64,000 nucleotides of DNA from Naegleria gruberi (taxonomy: Eukaryota). Both the position numbers and the translations under genes were made by a program. The notes beneath the pieces are model-generated. The model worked only from the letters and a program-made list of their open reading frames with translations. It ran no database searches and had not been told where the DNA came from. The number at the start of each line of letters is the position of its first letter. The first letter of the stretch is position 1. Below are positions 11,598 to 21,775 of the stretch, one piece after another. The stretch lies in NCBI GenBank assembly GCA_000004985.1, contig GG738846.1; one strand, 5' to 3'.

Positions 11598-13565
11598 TTA
11601 TTCAACACCAAATGTACTAGATTGTAGAGCTTTTTGAATTTGTAATTGCTTATCACGGTGATACTTTTGACATTCAGTAATACGATGTCCTCTACCTTGA
11701 CAATATTTACATTCAACATTCTCCAAATGTGCATAAGGGTCATAAATAGATTGTAAAATTGGTGGAATACGTTGATTTGCCTCTTTCAACAAGTATTTCA
11801 AGTCCAATAAAATTTGTTCAGATTGATTCTTATTGATAAATGTGGTAGCCAGACCTGTTTTACCATTTCTACCAGTTCTACCAATTCTGTGGACATAGTT
11901 TTCAATTTCACGAGGCATGTCAAAGTTAATAACATGTTTTACATTTGGAAAATCGATACCTTTGGAAACAATGTCAGTAGCAACGAGTACATGCTTTTTT
12001 CCTTGTTTGAACGAGTCAATAGCATACTCTCTCTCACTTTGATCCTTACTAGAGTGAATAGAGACTGCTTCTACACCTTTCAATAGTAAATATTCACAAA
12101 TTGTATCAACTTCACTCTTGTTCTGGGAGAAGATCAATACAGGTGGCGGTGTTTTTTGTAGAGCTTGGAGTAGATAGACAATCTTGTCTTCTTCTTGAAC
12201 ATATTCCACTTCTTGAATGACATCCAAATTTACAGCACCAGCTCTACCTACATTTACAATTATTGGTTGGTTCAATGTATTCATGGCAAGATTTTGAATC
12301 TTTTCAGGCATGGTAGCAGAGAAGAACACTTTTTGAATGTGATTATTATTCTTTTCACCACTCTGAGTACTCTCATTATTTTCATTATTCTGTACAAGGT
12401 TCAAGTGTTGGAATATTGTCTTGATATCCTCCTCAAAACCCAAATCAATCAATCTATCTGCCTCATCCATACAAACATATTTACAATCATTGAGTTGAAT
12501 CTTATTTTCATTCAACATTTGAATCAAACGTCCAGGAGTAGCCACAACTATATGTATATAACCTCCACCACTACTATTAGAAGAATAATATCTAGAATTG
12601 GAATTGGATTGATTGAATATTCTCTCTTCCTTGATACCTCCCATACAGAGAGAAACATTGAGCTTAAAGGTTTGGGATCGTTTCTTTTCTTGTTCATTAA
12701 TTCCATTAAAGAAATATTCTATAAATTCAAAGGTTTGCTTTGCTAATTCTCTGTTAGGACAGAGAATTAATCCTAGTGGTCCATTATTTCTCCTTATGCT
12801 TTTAGGTCTCGTTGCATATAAATGCTCATTCAAATAGGAATACATGATGATTGGCAAGGAAAAGACCAAAGTTTTACCCGAACCAGTAAAGGCGATACCA
12901 ATGACATCTCTACCTTCCAATAGACATGGTAATCCTTGCATTTGAATTGGTGTAGGTGTTTCTATATTCTTTTCAAGTAAAAGCTTTAAAAGACATTTTG
13001 GTAATTTTAAATGTTCAAATGTCAAGATTGGTGGAGGAGCACAAACACCATCAACTTGGATGCCAAAATTTTTTCTGATTAAATCCAGTTCTTCTACTGT
13101 TAAATTCCTATAATATTCTGGAACTGTCCAACTATAATTTAATTTACGATTAATGTCACCAGTTAAATTGTTAACAGCACTTAGGAATGATTGATTCATT
13201 AATTCTTTAAGTAATTCATTTTCTTTTTGTTCCAATTTTTCCATGTCTGTTAATTGTGGTTGTGTTTCCTTCAATTCTCTATTCTTTTTCAATAAACTTG
13301 CTGAATTTTTACTAATTTCCTCTACTTGCTCGTTTTTGGTCAATTCTTGTAATAATTTATGTTTTTTATGTGTTGGAATTAAATCCGCATCAAAGTTATC
13401 TTCCTCAACAACTTTTGATCCTGTTGTATTCCGAGATCTTCTTTCCTCTCTCTTTCTTTTCCACTCCAAATAGTGTTGTGATGATGCTTCATCTTGTTGC
13501 TTTTCTTCACCATCAAAACTATTGCTGGCAACCATCTGCCTCTCTTTGTCGTCTGTTGTTGGCAT
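11598..13565 (-). CDS. DEAD-box RNA helicase of DDX41/Abstrakt type with C-terminal CCHC zinc knuckle, 655 aa
   Basis: Q-motif TPIQMQGLP, Walker A AFTGSGKT, DEAD, SAT-like, HRIGRTGR, and a terminal CKYCQGRGHRITECQ zinc knuckle. Single exon. Confidence 0.85.
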   Translation of the reverse strand: MPTTDDKERQMVASNSFDGEEKQQDEASSQHYLEWKRKREERRSRNTTGSKVVEEDNFDADLIPTHKKHKLLQELTKNEQVEEISKNSASLLKKNRELKETQPQLTDMEKLEQKENELLKELMNQSFLSAVNNLTGDINRKLNYSWTVPEYYRNLTVEELDLIRKNFGIQVDGVCAPPPILTFEHLKLPKCLLKLLLEKNIETPTPIQMQGLPCLLEGRDVIGIAFTGSGKTLVFSLPIIMYSYLNEHLYATRPKSIRRNNGPLGLILCPNRELAKQTFEFIEYFFNGINEQEKKRSQTFKLNVSLCMGGIKEERIFNQSNSNSRYYSSNSSGGGYIHIVVATPGRLIQMLNENKIQLNDCKYVCMDEADRLIDLGFEEDIKTIFQHLNLVQNNENNESTQSGEKNNNHIQKVFFSATMPEKIQNLAMNTLNQPIIVNVGRAGAVNLDVIQEVEYVQEEDKIVYLLQALQKTPPPVLIFSQNKSEVDTICEYLLLKGVEAVSIHSSKDQSEREYAIDSFKQGKKHVLVATDIVSKGIDFPNVKHVINFDMPREIENYVHRIGRTGRNGKTGLATTFINKNQSEQILLDLKYLLKEANQRIPPILQSIYDPYAHLENVECKYCQGRGHRITECQKYHRDKQLQIQKALQSSTFGVE

Positions 13566-13657
13566 TTTTTTTTAATTTTTTAAAGGCTTTTGTTTCTTGT
13601 TACTCCCTGTTCAATTTAACGTTGATAATTTATTAATAATGGTGAGAGATTTACATC

Positions 13658-15277
13658 TCAACATAATAGTAAACAATATTTTAACATGTAAAACCATTCA
13701 TCTCTTTCAAATTCATTACTAAATTCAAAAAGCCACTTTTTCTTTTCAGTTCTATCATTAATTGTTAAGGTATTAAGTGATGAAATTGAAATATTCTTTT
13801 TCGGATTGTCATTAATGGTCAAGTAGCATAAATTGGAAAGTTCAATCTCTTCGAGTGGTTTCATTTCATTGTGAAATATGTCATTACTTGACCCATCTGC
13901 ATTGAATAGAATTAGTTTAAATTTTTGATTGGAAGAGTGAACAAGTAGAATGTGTCTCTTCTTCAATTTACTGTTTTGGAAAAAGCTCTTTACATCCTTC
14001 TTATAGGCAGAACCTTGTTTCAGTATGGAAAATTTGAAAGCTTCATTAAATGTATTAGAATTCTTATTGATTAGATAGTGTGTGAGAGATTTTAATGATG
14101 ACAAGTTTAAAGTTTGATTAGTATTTGGAATTTGACTATAAATATCATTTCCAAATAATGATTCAAATAATTCTGATGCTGAATCATCTATATTACATGT
14201 TGTTGATTCAATGGATGGAATTTTAATCCATTGATTATCCTTATTAATTACAGAAATGAGTGGAATAGGACTTTGAATAATTTGACTATGTTGATCTATT
14301 GATGATAAACCTCCTCCAATCATTGAATCCAGAATGTTAGTATTATTATTATTAGTAGTAGTATTGGGAGTAGCAGTATTATTTGTGCTATCAATACAAG
14401 TAGTGGTGGTATTGGAAAATACTCTCGAAGAAATGAAATACTCTCCATTATCAATATGATTTTCATTGATATAATCTGAGAGGAGATTGAAAATATTTTG
14501 TGAATTTTTACATTCTTGTAAACTTGTTTCCAATAATTCTTGTTTATCAAAATAGGAAAGATATTTTGGCAATTGATTTTTAGCAATAATGTAATGATCA
14601 GGGATATTTGCATTCGTTAAACTATTGATAAATAATAATGTTGACGAAATAAAACGAATCATTAATTTAAACAAATGATTAACTTGTTCTTCACTTTCCA
14701 TAGATTCGTTATTTACCACCTTCTTCAGTGCATCAAGCTTTTTGAAAAAGCTTTCCACCTTGTATTTCATAAAAACATCCAATCCGATAGAACTTTTCAT
14801 TATTGGATGAACCATTGCCTCGAGTGGAATATTTCTATGAGGAGGAGTAATGACCTCTCTCGTAAATGGATCTATTTAATATATTATTAATAATATATTT
14901 CAATGATTATATTTTGGATCAAGATTTGAATAATAATAAAATGCATTTTCAAAAATATAATATATTGTTGTATGATTTGTAGTTGTAGAATTTAAATATT
15001 TACCTGTCTTGTTGGTTTTTATCCAATCTAGAATTTTACTTTTTTCATAAATTCTTCCATTCAACAAGGCTGGTTCTACAAATATTGTTTCAGTTAGGGA
15101 ACAAATGAAATGCACCGGTGTATCAAAGTCATCACTGAAAAACTCCTCCAAAGTTGACATGCTTGTTTTTTTTGCTTTGAACTGTGAAACGTACAGCCAC
15201 CTGATGCTTGACATTTTGATTTTGGTGCACATTGAACTTGTATTACCATTGTAATGTACTCGAGGTTTATTAAACAT
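13658..15277 (-). CDS. U-box domain protein with C-terminal PH-like region; 2 exons: complement(join(13658..14871,15004..15277)). The start may instead be the ATG at 15160
   Basis: The U-box consensus spans the junction: DDFDTPVHFICSLTETIFVEPALLNGRIYEKSKILDWIKTNKT | DPFTREVITPPHRNIPL. The intron GTAAAT...AATAG (132 nt) keeps phase. The C-terminus ...WLFEFSNEFERDEWFYMLKY is PH-domain-like. The first in-frame ATG is only 5 bp downstream of the Vps15 stop. Confidence 0.55.
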
Positions 15278-15281
15278 ATTA

Positions 15282-18200
15282 TTACTTCCAAACCTTAAGT
15301 ATACCATCTCTAGAGCTTGTCAATAGTAATGGTTGGAAGTGGCCTTTAGATACACCAGAGACAATCTTGATATCAGTAATTGTATCCAAATGATGAGTTT
15401 GTACAGGTTGAGAGAATGTTCCTCCCCTTCTACTGGCACTTGTAGATGTCAGAATATCACCCTTATTGAATGGAACAGCTTCTTCTGAGTAAACTGTGTA
15501 CTTGTCTTCCTTTTTGGCAGAATAAATAAATGCTTGTTGCTGTTGTTGAGCTCCACTGACAACATAACTTTGCTCAATAGTGTTAGTATCCCAGAATCTG
15601 ATAATACCGTCACTACTTCCAGAATAGAATGAGCCATCAAATTCATTGACATATAATGCATTTACATCAAAAGTTGGTTCTTCTTGGAAGTGTTTTGTTC
15701 TGTCCTTCATAATTTTACGAATTTCTCCAATAGCAAATCTATCACTTACACCAGTCAAATTTGATGTTACTGTAGTGGCATTTGTAGTCATTGGATTGGT
15801 ATTTGGAGTAGTGTTATTACTCTTTTGCTTTCTAGAACTATCAGAACATCTGAATTTGAGTAAGGTAGATTGAGTTTCCAAATTCCACAAATCTACTTCT
15901 CTATTTTGTGATGCAATATATACAGAAGGTGCCATACTGGAGGTTTTTTGGAGTGGAGATGCTTTACAAATTCTATTGATGGCACTTTCAGTAATTCTAT
16001 TATTTGTTACACTTATTTGATATCTCAAATCCCACAAAGTTACATAACCTCTCTTTGTGGAGGATAAGATCCAAGGCTCATTCATATCACCACAACAAAT
16101 TTCAGAAATTGGTCCTTGTTCAAGTGATTGTTTTGATTTCCATGAGAATGCCTCTCTTTCACATCTTGGATCAATACCAACAATAATACCATTTTGATTA
16201 CCACACACCAAGAGTGGTTGTTGATGATTTTGGAACGGTCTGATAACATTAATAGAAGCCTCTTGAGTCTTGGCTGTTTGTACAAATTTGGCACCAGAAT
16301 CGCCAATAGTTATAGTATACATGGTTGTACCCAAATCAGCACTGAATACGTGAATCCAACCCTTATCTGTACATGCTGCAATCAATGGTGAAGAAACATT
16401 CAATATACCCACTGAATTAACTCTACCTCCTCCCTGAATGATTGTATAGGTCATTTTCGAGTTCATGGCAAAGTCTCTCTCAGTACTTGTCAAGTCCCAT
16501 AATCTAACAGTGCCATCATTACCACCTGTTACAAACCAGCACAAACTATCGTGAACAGATATTTCATTAATAGATCCCTTGTGCTCTGTAGATTGACCAA
16601 ATAAATTACCATTTGGTCTCCACTTGGCAATATTGGCTGATTTGAGAGGTGAAGTTACAGAGGAGAGGTTAGAGGTGGCGCCAACAGGATTACTTGTGGA
16701 TGGATTACCAGATGATTGATTTGTTTTGAGTGGAAGAGTTTCTTCATCTTTCTTCTTACTACTTGGTTGTTTACCTGTGGAATTAGTTGATGCAGATGAA
16801 TTACTTGCAGAAGGAATGGAAAAGAATGTATTCCATTCGTTATTATATTGTTTGGATTGTGCTGATTTGGATGCTGTTTGATTATTAACAATTGAGCTCG
16901 ATTGTAAAGTAATGTAAGGACTTTCTATTGGTGTGAAATGACTTGTAAGTGGTAAGTTCAATTTGATAATATTGCTCGAATTGGAGTTATTAGAATCCAT
17001 ATTTTCTCCTGTATTTTCCCAACTCTTGGATTGTATGGCCATGGCAACTTGTGAAAGATATGGTTTGATAATCTCTAATTTTTTCAAGTCCTCTTCTGAA
17101 ATGTTTGGTATTTTGGATGATATCAAAAGTGAGAAGGATTCAAATTTTTGTTGAGAATTCAAATCTTCCATTAAAATCTTGATAGACTTGTCAAAAATGT
17201 CTCTTTGAAGCGATTGTTTCAAACTTTCCAAAAGTGAATATTCATAAACTAGGAGAATATCGTGCTCTAAATGAGGTTTTAAAATTTCAATCAAGAAGCA
17301 ACTAGTATCTGCCAATCCCAAAGTCTTACTAGCAGCAGAAAAGAATGCAACACTATTATATCTTATCCAAGTATTTGGATGGTAAAGTAAAAATGAAACC
17401 TTCTTGGCAATATCTACAATTGTTGATTTTTCAAACATTTGCAACTCACACAAAGTTACCAATCCATTAAGAGCTTGGTCAATAACAAACTCTTGTACAT
17501 CGTACAATGCTTGCATAATACAAGGTAAAATAAATTCCTTCAATGAAGTTGGACCAACATATACAGAAATGCCAACAATTTGTTCAAAAAAGGCATGTCT
17601 CAGTCTCCATTGACGAGAGTTTAAGAATGTAATGACCATAGGTAGTACAAAATCGTTTGTCTTTCTCCTACCATAAAACATACAAAATGGTGTAATATTC
17701 TTTAAAAGTGCTACCTTCACAGGTGTACATTGATCCATAGAAAGTTCAAGAACAATCGAGGCAATTTCATCCTGTAATGAATTCAAATCAGTATCATAAG
17801 TTCCCTTTACCATAACTTGGGTAGTCATATTTTGTTTGATGATCTGACTCATTTCCAAAAATCTTCTTGCTTGATAAGCGAGTAATGGCAAATTTTCAGC
17901 AAAAGTGACACGAACCAAATCTGACTTGTCAGTTGAAATTATTCTCAGTGCTGGTAGAATGTAATCATTAAATAAATTGGACTCACTAGCTGAAAATGCT
18001 GTTATTTTTGCGAGAATATAAGTAAGAGTGTCTATAGCTTTTGATTTAACAAGTGGGGCCTGATCATTCAAAAGTGAACATGTGTATGGAATGAGTCTTT
18101 CCAATTTGGTATAGTTGGATGAAAAATCAGCTAACTTTTTCATTAAATCTAAACCTTGAACACGAACACTAACACTTTGAGCATTTCTTACACTGGAACA

Positions 18201-19742
18201 AAGTAGAGTGGCAATAATTTCAATTCCTTCATGAGAGTTGATTTGACTACTTTCAGATTTTTGAGTTAACTTTCTTCTTTCAACAAGCTTTTCAATGATA
18301 TTATTATTGGTGGATTTTTCTTGTTGCTTTGTACTTGTCAATCCAACATTGGTCTCTGAAAGATTCCTTTCTCCAAATGCTTGCGTATTTTGAATAAGGT
18401 CTAGCAAGGAATTCTTATGAACCATAGATCCACCACTACTACTACTACTTTCAGAATTTTGAGTGTTATTACTTGAAGAATGATTACTTGATAAAGTAAT
18501 TGTAGAGGATGTGTTGTTAGATAAGGTATTTTCTTGAGTTTCATTTTCAGAAATTTTAGAAATAATCATATCATACATATTCTCAATAGTTTGTATTCTC
18601 TTGTCACAATTCTTTTCTAACATTTGTATCATTACACTTTCATGAATAAATTTAAAATAATTTGGGAATATTCTTGGAGTGTACTTTTTAATGTACTCCT
18701 CTGCTGAAAATCTCTTATTAGGATCTAAATCTAACATATGTGATATCATTTCTCTTACATCCTTATCATCGATTCTTTCCATTAATTTTGAAAAGTGTTC
18801 AGTATCTCCCTTTCTATATGCAAGTAATTGTGAATAATCAAAGAGAGCTTCTCCATCAAGAAAGAGTTGTGCAATAACACATCCAACACTGAATATGTCC
18901 ATCTTTTCTGTTAATTCTTCACCATTATTAGGATTGACATTTGTTGAAGATTGAGTATTTTCTTCGATTACAGTAACACTTTGATCAACTCCATTAATGT
19001 CAACCATAATAAAAGATGAATCTCTTGCCAATCTATTACTTGAATTTGGTGCAAGTCCATTGTTATTATTTAAATAAATATTAGTGTTTGTGTTTGAAGA
19101 AGGACAAAAACGTTCAGGAGCCAACAAACAAATTCTTCTTCCCGATGTATCAAAATAATAGGAAAAGAATGATGGATCATCATCAGGTATTCTAGAAGGT
19201 TTAAAAGGAGCCAAATCAGTTAAAAAGACCCAATCCCACGCTGTTAATATAATATTATCAGCTTTTAAATCTCCATGATAAATTCCCAATTTGTGTATTT
19301 GTTTCAACCCTTCAAGTATTTGAAAAGCGATCCAACGTTTTCCAATAGAACTAAAAAACGGTCTAGTACTAATTCTATCAGCCAAATTACTATAACAAAA
19401 TTGTCTCACCAAATAACCAGCCTTGTCAGTTTCTACCATTCTATTATAACTTAAAACATTTGGTTGTGATCGGAGACTAAGTTTTTCATTGAGTAGTTTT
19501 AATTTTGCATGATGGGGTGCCAACGCCAGTGGTGGATCATCTTCCTTTTTCAAATATACTTTAACAACGACTGGCATACCCTCTTCAGTCCAACATTGCA
19601 CACTTTTTAATAATCTACCTCCTCCTAATGTGTGATCTTGAACCAATCCCTCGGCCAAATCCTGCAAGTGGAGTTCTTGAAGAGATCCACTCACGGCCAA
19701 TTGATTATTTCCCATTTTTTTAAATTTAATATTTATTTTCAA
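15282..19742 (-). CDS. VPS15: Vps15 (PI3-kinase regulatory subunit 4) protein kinase, 1486 aa, single exon
   Basis: N-myristoylation-type start MGNNQ, kinase-like domain (HGDLKADNIIL...DLAPF), central HEAT-like helical region, and C-terminal WD40 repeats (...LTSSRDGILKVWK). Confidence 0.85.
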   Translation of the reverse strand: MKINIKFKKMGNNQLAVSGSLQELHLQDLAEGLVQDHTLGGGRLLKSVQCWTEEGMPVVVKVYLKKEDDPPLALAPHHAKLKLLNEKLSLRSQPNVLSYNRMVETDKAGYLVRQFCYSNLADRISTRPFFSSIGKRWIAFQILEGLKQIHKLGIYHGDLKADNIILTAWDWVFLTDLAPFKPSRIPDDDPSFFSYYFDTSGRRICLLAPERFCPSSNTNTNIYLNNNNGLAPNSSNRLARDSSFIMVDINGVDQSVTVIEENTQSSTNVNPNNGEELTEKMDIFSVGCVIAQLFLDGEALFDYSQLLAYRKGDTEHFSKLMERIDDKDVREMISHMLDLDPNKRFSAEEYIKKYTPRIFPNYFKFIHESVMIQMLEKNCDKRIQTIENMYDMIISKISENETQENTLSNNTSSTITLSSNHSSSNNTQNSESSSSSGGSMVHKNSLLDLIQNTQAFGERNLSETNVGLTSTKQQEKSTNNNIIEKLVERRKLTQKSESSQINSHEGIEIIATLLCSSVRNAQSVSVRVQGLDLMKKLADFSSNYTKLERLIPYTCSLLNDQAPLVKSKAIDTLTYILAKITAFSASESNLFNDYILPALRIISTDKSDLVRVTFAENLPLLAYQARRFLEMSQIIKQNMTTQVMVKGTYDTDLNSLQDEIASIVLELSMDQCTPVKVALLKNITPFCMFYGRRKTNDFVLPMVITFLNSRQWRLRHAFFEQIVGISVYVGPTSLKEFILPCIMQALYDVQEFVIDQALNGLVTLCELQMFEKSTIVDIAKKVSFLLYHPNTWIRYNSVAFFSAASKTLGLADTSCFLIEILKPHLEHDILLVYEYSLLESLKQSLQRDIFDKSIKILMEDLNSQQKFESFSLLISSKIPNISEEDLKKLEIIKPYLSQVAMAIQSKSWENTGENMDSNNSNSSNIIKLNLPLTSHFTPIESPYITLQSSSIVNNQTASKSAQSKQYNNEWNTFFSIPSASNSSASTNSTGKQPSSKKKDEETLPLKTNQSSGNPSTSNPVGATSNLSSVTSPLKSANIAKWRPNGNLFGQSTEHKGSINEISVHDSLCWFVTGGNDGTVRLWDLTSTERDFAMNSKMTYTIIQGGGRVNSVGILNVSSPLIAACTDKGWIHVFSADLGTTMYTITIGDSGAKFVQTAKTQEASINVIRPFQNHQQPLLVCGNQNGIIVGIDPRCEREAFSWKSKQSLEQGPISEICCGDMNEPWILSSTKRGYVTLWDLRYQISVTNNRITESAINRICKASPLQKTSSMAPSVYIASQNREVDLWNLETQSTLLKFRCSDSSRKQKSNNTTPNTNPMTTNATTVTSNLTGVSDRFAIGEIRKIMKDRTKHFQEEPTFDVNALYVNEFDGSFYSGSSDGIIRFWDTNTIEQSYVVSGAQQQQQAFIYSAKKEDKYTVYSEEAVPFNKGDILTSTSASRRGGTFSQPVQTHHLDTITDIKIVSGVSKGHFQPLLLTSSRDGILKVWK

Positions 19743-19853
19743 AACACGCTTTTATTTGTTTCGAATTCATAATGCACTGCTCACGTTTATTCAAATAAGA
19801 CAAAAGCTAGCTAAAAATTTACAGTTTTAATACATTATTGGATCGTCTATTAA

Positions 19854-21407
19854 TTAATTTATTGAAGATTCCCAAGTTTTATCTTTGGCATGGAATTTCA
19901 AACTCAAATCCAACTGTATCATGTCTTGAATCTTTTTATCACAATTCTTAATTTCAATGATATTGTTGGAAGTAGAAATGCCACAACTTGGTGCAAACTT
20001 AGTTGGATGAATTTGAACTGATAAATTATTCAATTCTCCAATTCTATCATTCTTGATTGAAAATTGATTGCTAGAGTTTAGAATTATATTATCATTAATC
20101 GTTACTTGGTCCAAAACATTGATCTGCTCAGATTTCATTTCCAATGTGTTATTATTGTACAATAAAGTTATATCCAAACTATATACATATTCGGGTATAT
20201 CAATAATAAAATTATCAATAACCTTTCCCATCAAACGAGAAAAAAGCTCATCAGATTTACATCTAATAACTAAATTAGCATTATCATTGAAAGGAGTCAA
20301 TTGTAGATTGCAAATAATTAACTTATGATCATCATTCATAGTAACAAGAGAATTAACAGGCTCTACAGATAACTTGGTACCCACAGCAAGTACAAGTGTT
20401 GAATTTTCAACAAATTTAACTGCCTTTTTCCACAATTTTTCAGATAACTTTTCTCCAAAGTTTACTATCAAATCCTTAAGTGGTCCTCCACACTGTTCAC
20501 ACTTGTTTACAGTAAGGTGATCATCTTTGAAATTTTCATTCCTATTCAAAATATTCCTGTAAATACTTTCACTTGTAGGGTGAACAATAATATCTTGTCT
20601 AATAAATGTCTTGTCACATTTTTCGCAATGCTCTTTATAGCTATTGCCATGAATTTCAATAGTATCACTTTCACTGATACCACTCTTCCAATGGAGATTG
20701 TCACTATTCTGTGTGATAATATATTTGATATATCCCATGTCGTACAGTTTTTTAATGGACATATGGGTAAGAGTTGGAAAATATTTCAAATTATCACTAT
20801 CATTTGAATTTTTGGTGGTATCATCTTGTTTTAACCAAATACCATCCTTTCCTCTGTAGGTCTTTAAGCCAGCAGATGAACTTATTCCAGCACCTGTAAA
20901 TAAACAAATTTTTCCCTTATGCTCTTTAAACAAGTCTCCCAAGTGAGCTATCTTAGGTCTGAGAAATTCGTCATCCTCCTCAAATTCTACGTCACTATCA
21001 TAATCATTCTTTTCCAAATCACTATCACAATCCCTATCCTTCTTTTTTTTCTTTTTAGAGGATGAATCTTTCAGTGAATTCTTTCGTTTCTTTGGTGTTG
21101 TGTTTGATTTTACTGAACTTTCTGGTGTTTTTACAGTTTTTGATTCAGTTTTTTTTGGAGTAGGGTTGGATGTTTTCTTCTTTTTGGTTGGAGTTGTGTT
21201 GTAGACTGGTGAGTCACCATCGGAAGGGATGTTCTCCTCCTTCTTTGATTTGCTCTTTTTCTTATTCGATTTTACCCCTGTATCAATGTTCTCAGCTTTT
21301 GGTTTTTTAGAAGAAGAAGACGGTGTTTTGTCTGTAGTAGAGTTTGACTTTTTTCTCCTGGCTGTTCTGGGAGTTGTTGGTGTTGTGGCTGTTTGCTTTT
21401 CACTCAT
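19854..21407 (-). CDS. Sir2-family NAD-dependent deacylase, class IV (SIRT6/7-like), with K/S/T-rich N-terminal and long C-terminal extensions
   Basis: GAGISSSAGLKTYRGKDGIW, QNSDNLHWKSG, HGNSYKEHCEKCDK...CEQCGG zinc ribbon. The N-terminus is low-complexity S/T/K-rich. Confidence 0.8.
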   Translation of the reverse strand: MSEKQTATTPTTPRTARRKKSNSTTDKTPSSSSKKPKAENIDTGVKSNKKKSKSKKEENIPSDGDSPVYNTTPTKKKKTSNPTPKKTESKTVKTPESSVKSNTTPKKRKNSLKDSSSKKKKKKDRDCDSDLEKNDYDSDVEFEEDDEFLRPKIAHLGDLFKEHKGKICLFTGAGISSSAGLKTYRGKDGIWLKQDDTTKNSNDSDNLKYFPTLTHMSIKKLYDMGYIKYIITQNSDNLHWKSGISESDTIEIHGNSYKEHCEKCDKTFIRQDIIVHPTSESIYRNILNRNENFKDDHLTVNKCEQCGGPLKDLIVNFGEKLSEKLWKKAVKFVENSTLVLAVGTKLSVEPVNSLVTMNDDHKLIICNLQLTPFNDNANLVIRCKSDELFSRLMGKVIDNFIIDIPEYVYSLDITLLYNNNTLEMKSEQINVLDQVTINDNIILNSSNQFSIKNDRIGELNNLSVQIHPTKFAPSCGISTSNNIIEIKNCDKKIQDMIQLDLSLKFHAKDKTWESSIN

Positions 21408-21775
21408 TTTTCTTTTTTCCTTTAATATTTAAATTCTATTATTCATTTTCCCGCCTTTTTCATTTGAGTGCATAAATTTAAGTATTATTAATTGTTTGCT
21501 ATTGTTTAGTGGAGAATTGTCATCTTGTCAGACCGTATTGAAAATTAATTTAACAATATTACTTGTGTTTCATATCAAAATAATTTATGAAGGTTAAATA
21601 TTGATAGGTTCTCTTCAATTGTTATTTATTTATCATTAACAATACATGTGAGAGATTGGAGAGCGGAACAAAATTCAAGTCGTCAGCACACAAGGGAATC
21701 TAGGCGCGGTCTTGCATTTTGTAAAATACTGGTTGATTTTTGCGTTTAAAAAAATTTAAACAACCTCTAAAAAAA

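Noticed and set aside
14320-14613. Minus-strand 97-aa ORF inside the U-box/PH gene in another frame
   Set aside because: It is an out-of-frame overlap within a well-supported exon. The peptide is hydrophobic and AT-codon-rich with no features.
15282-15307. Possible Vps15–U-box fusion protein by read-through
   Set aside because: The frames differ by +1 and a stop terminates the Vps15 frame. No GT/AG pair is positioned to splice around it, so the two are treated as separate genes.
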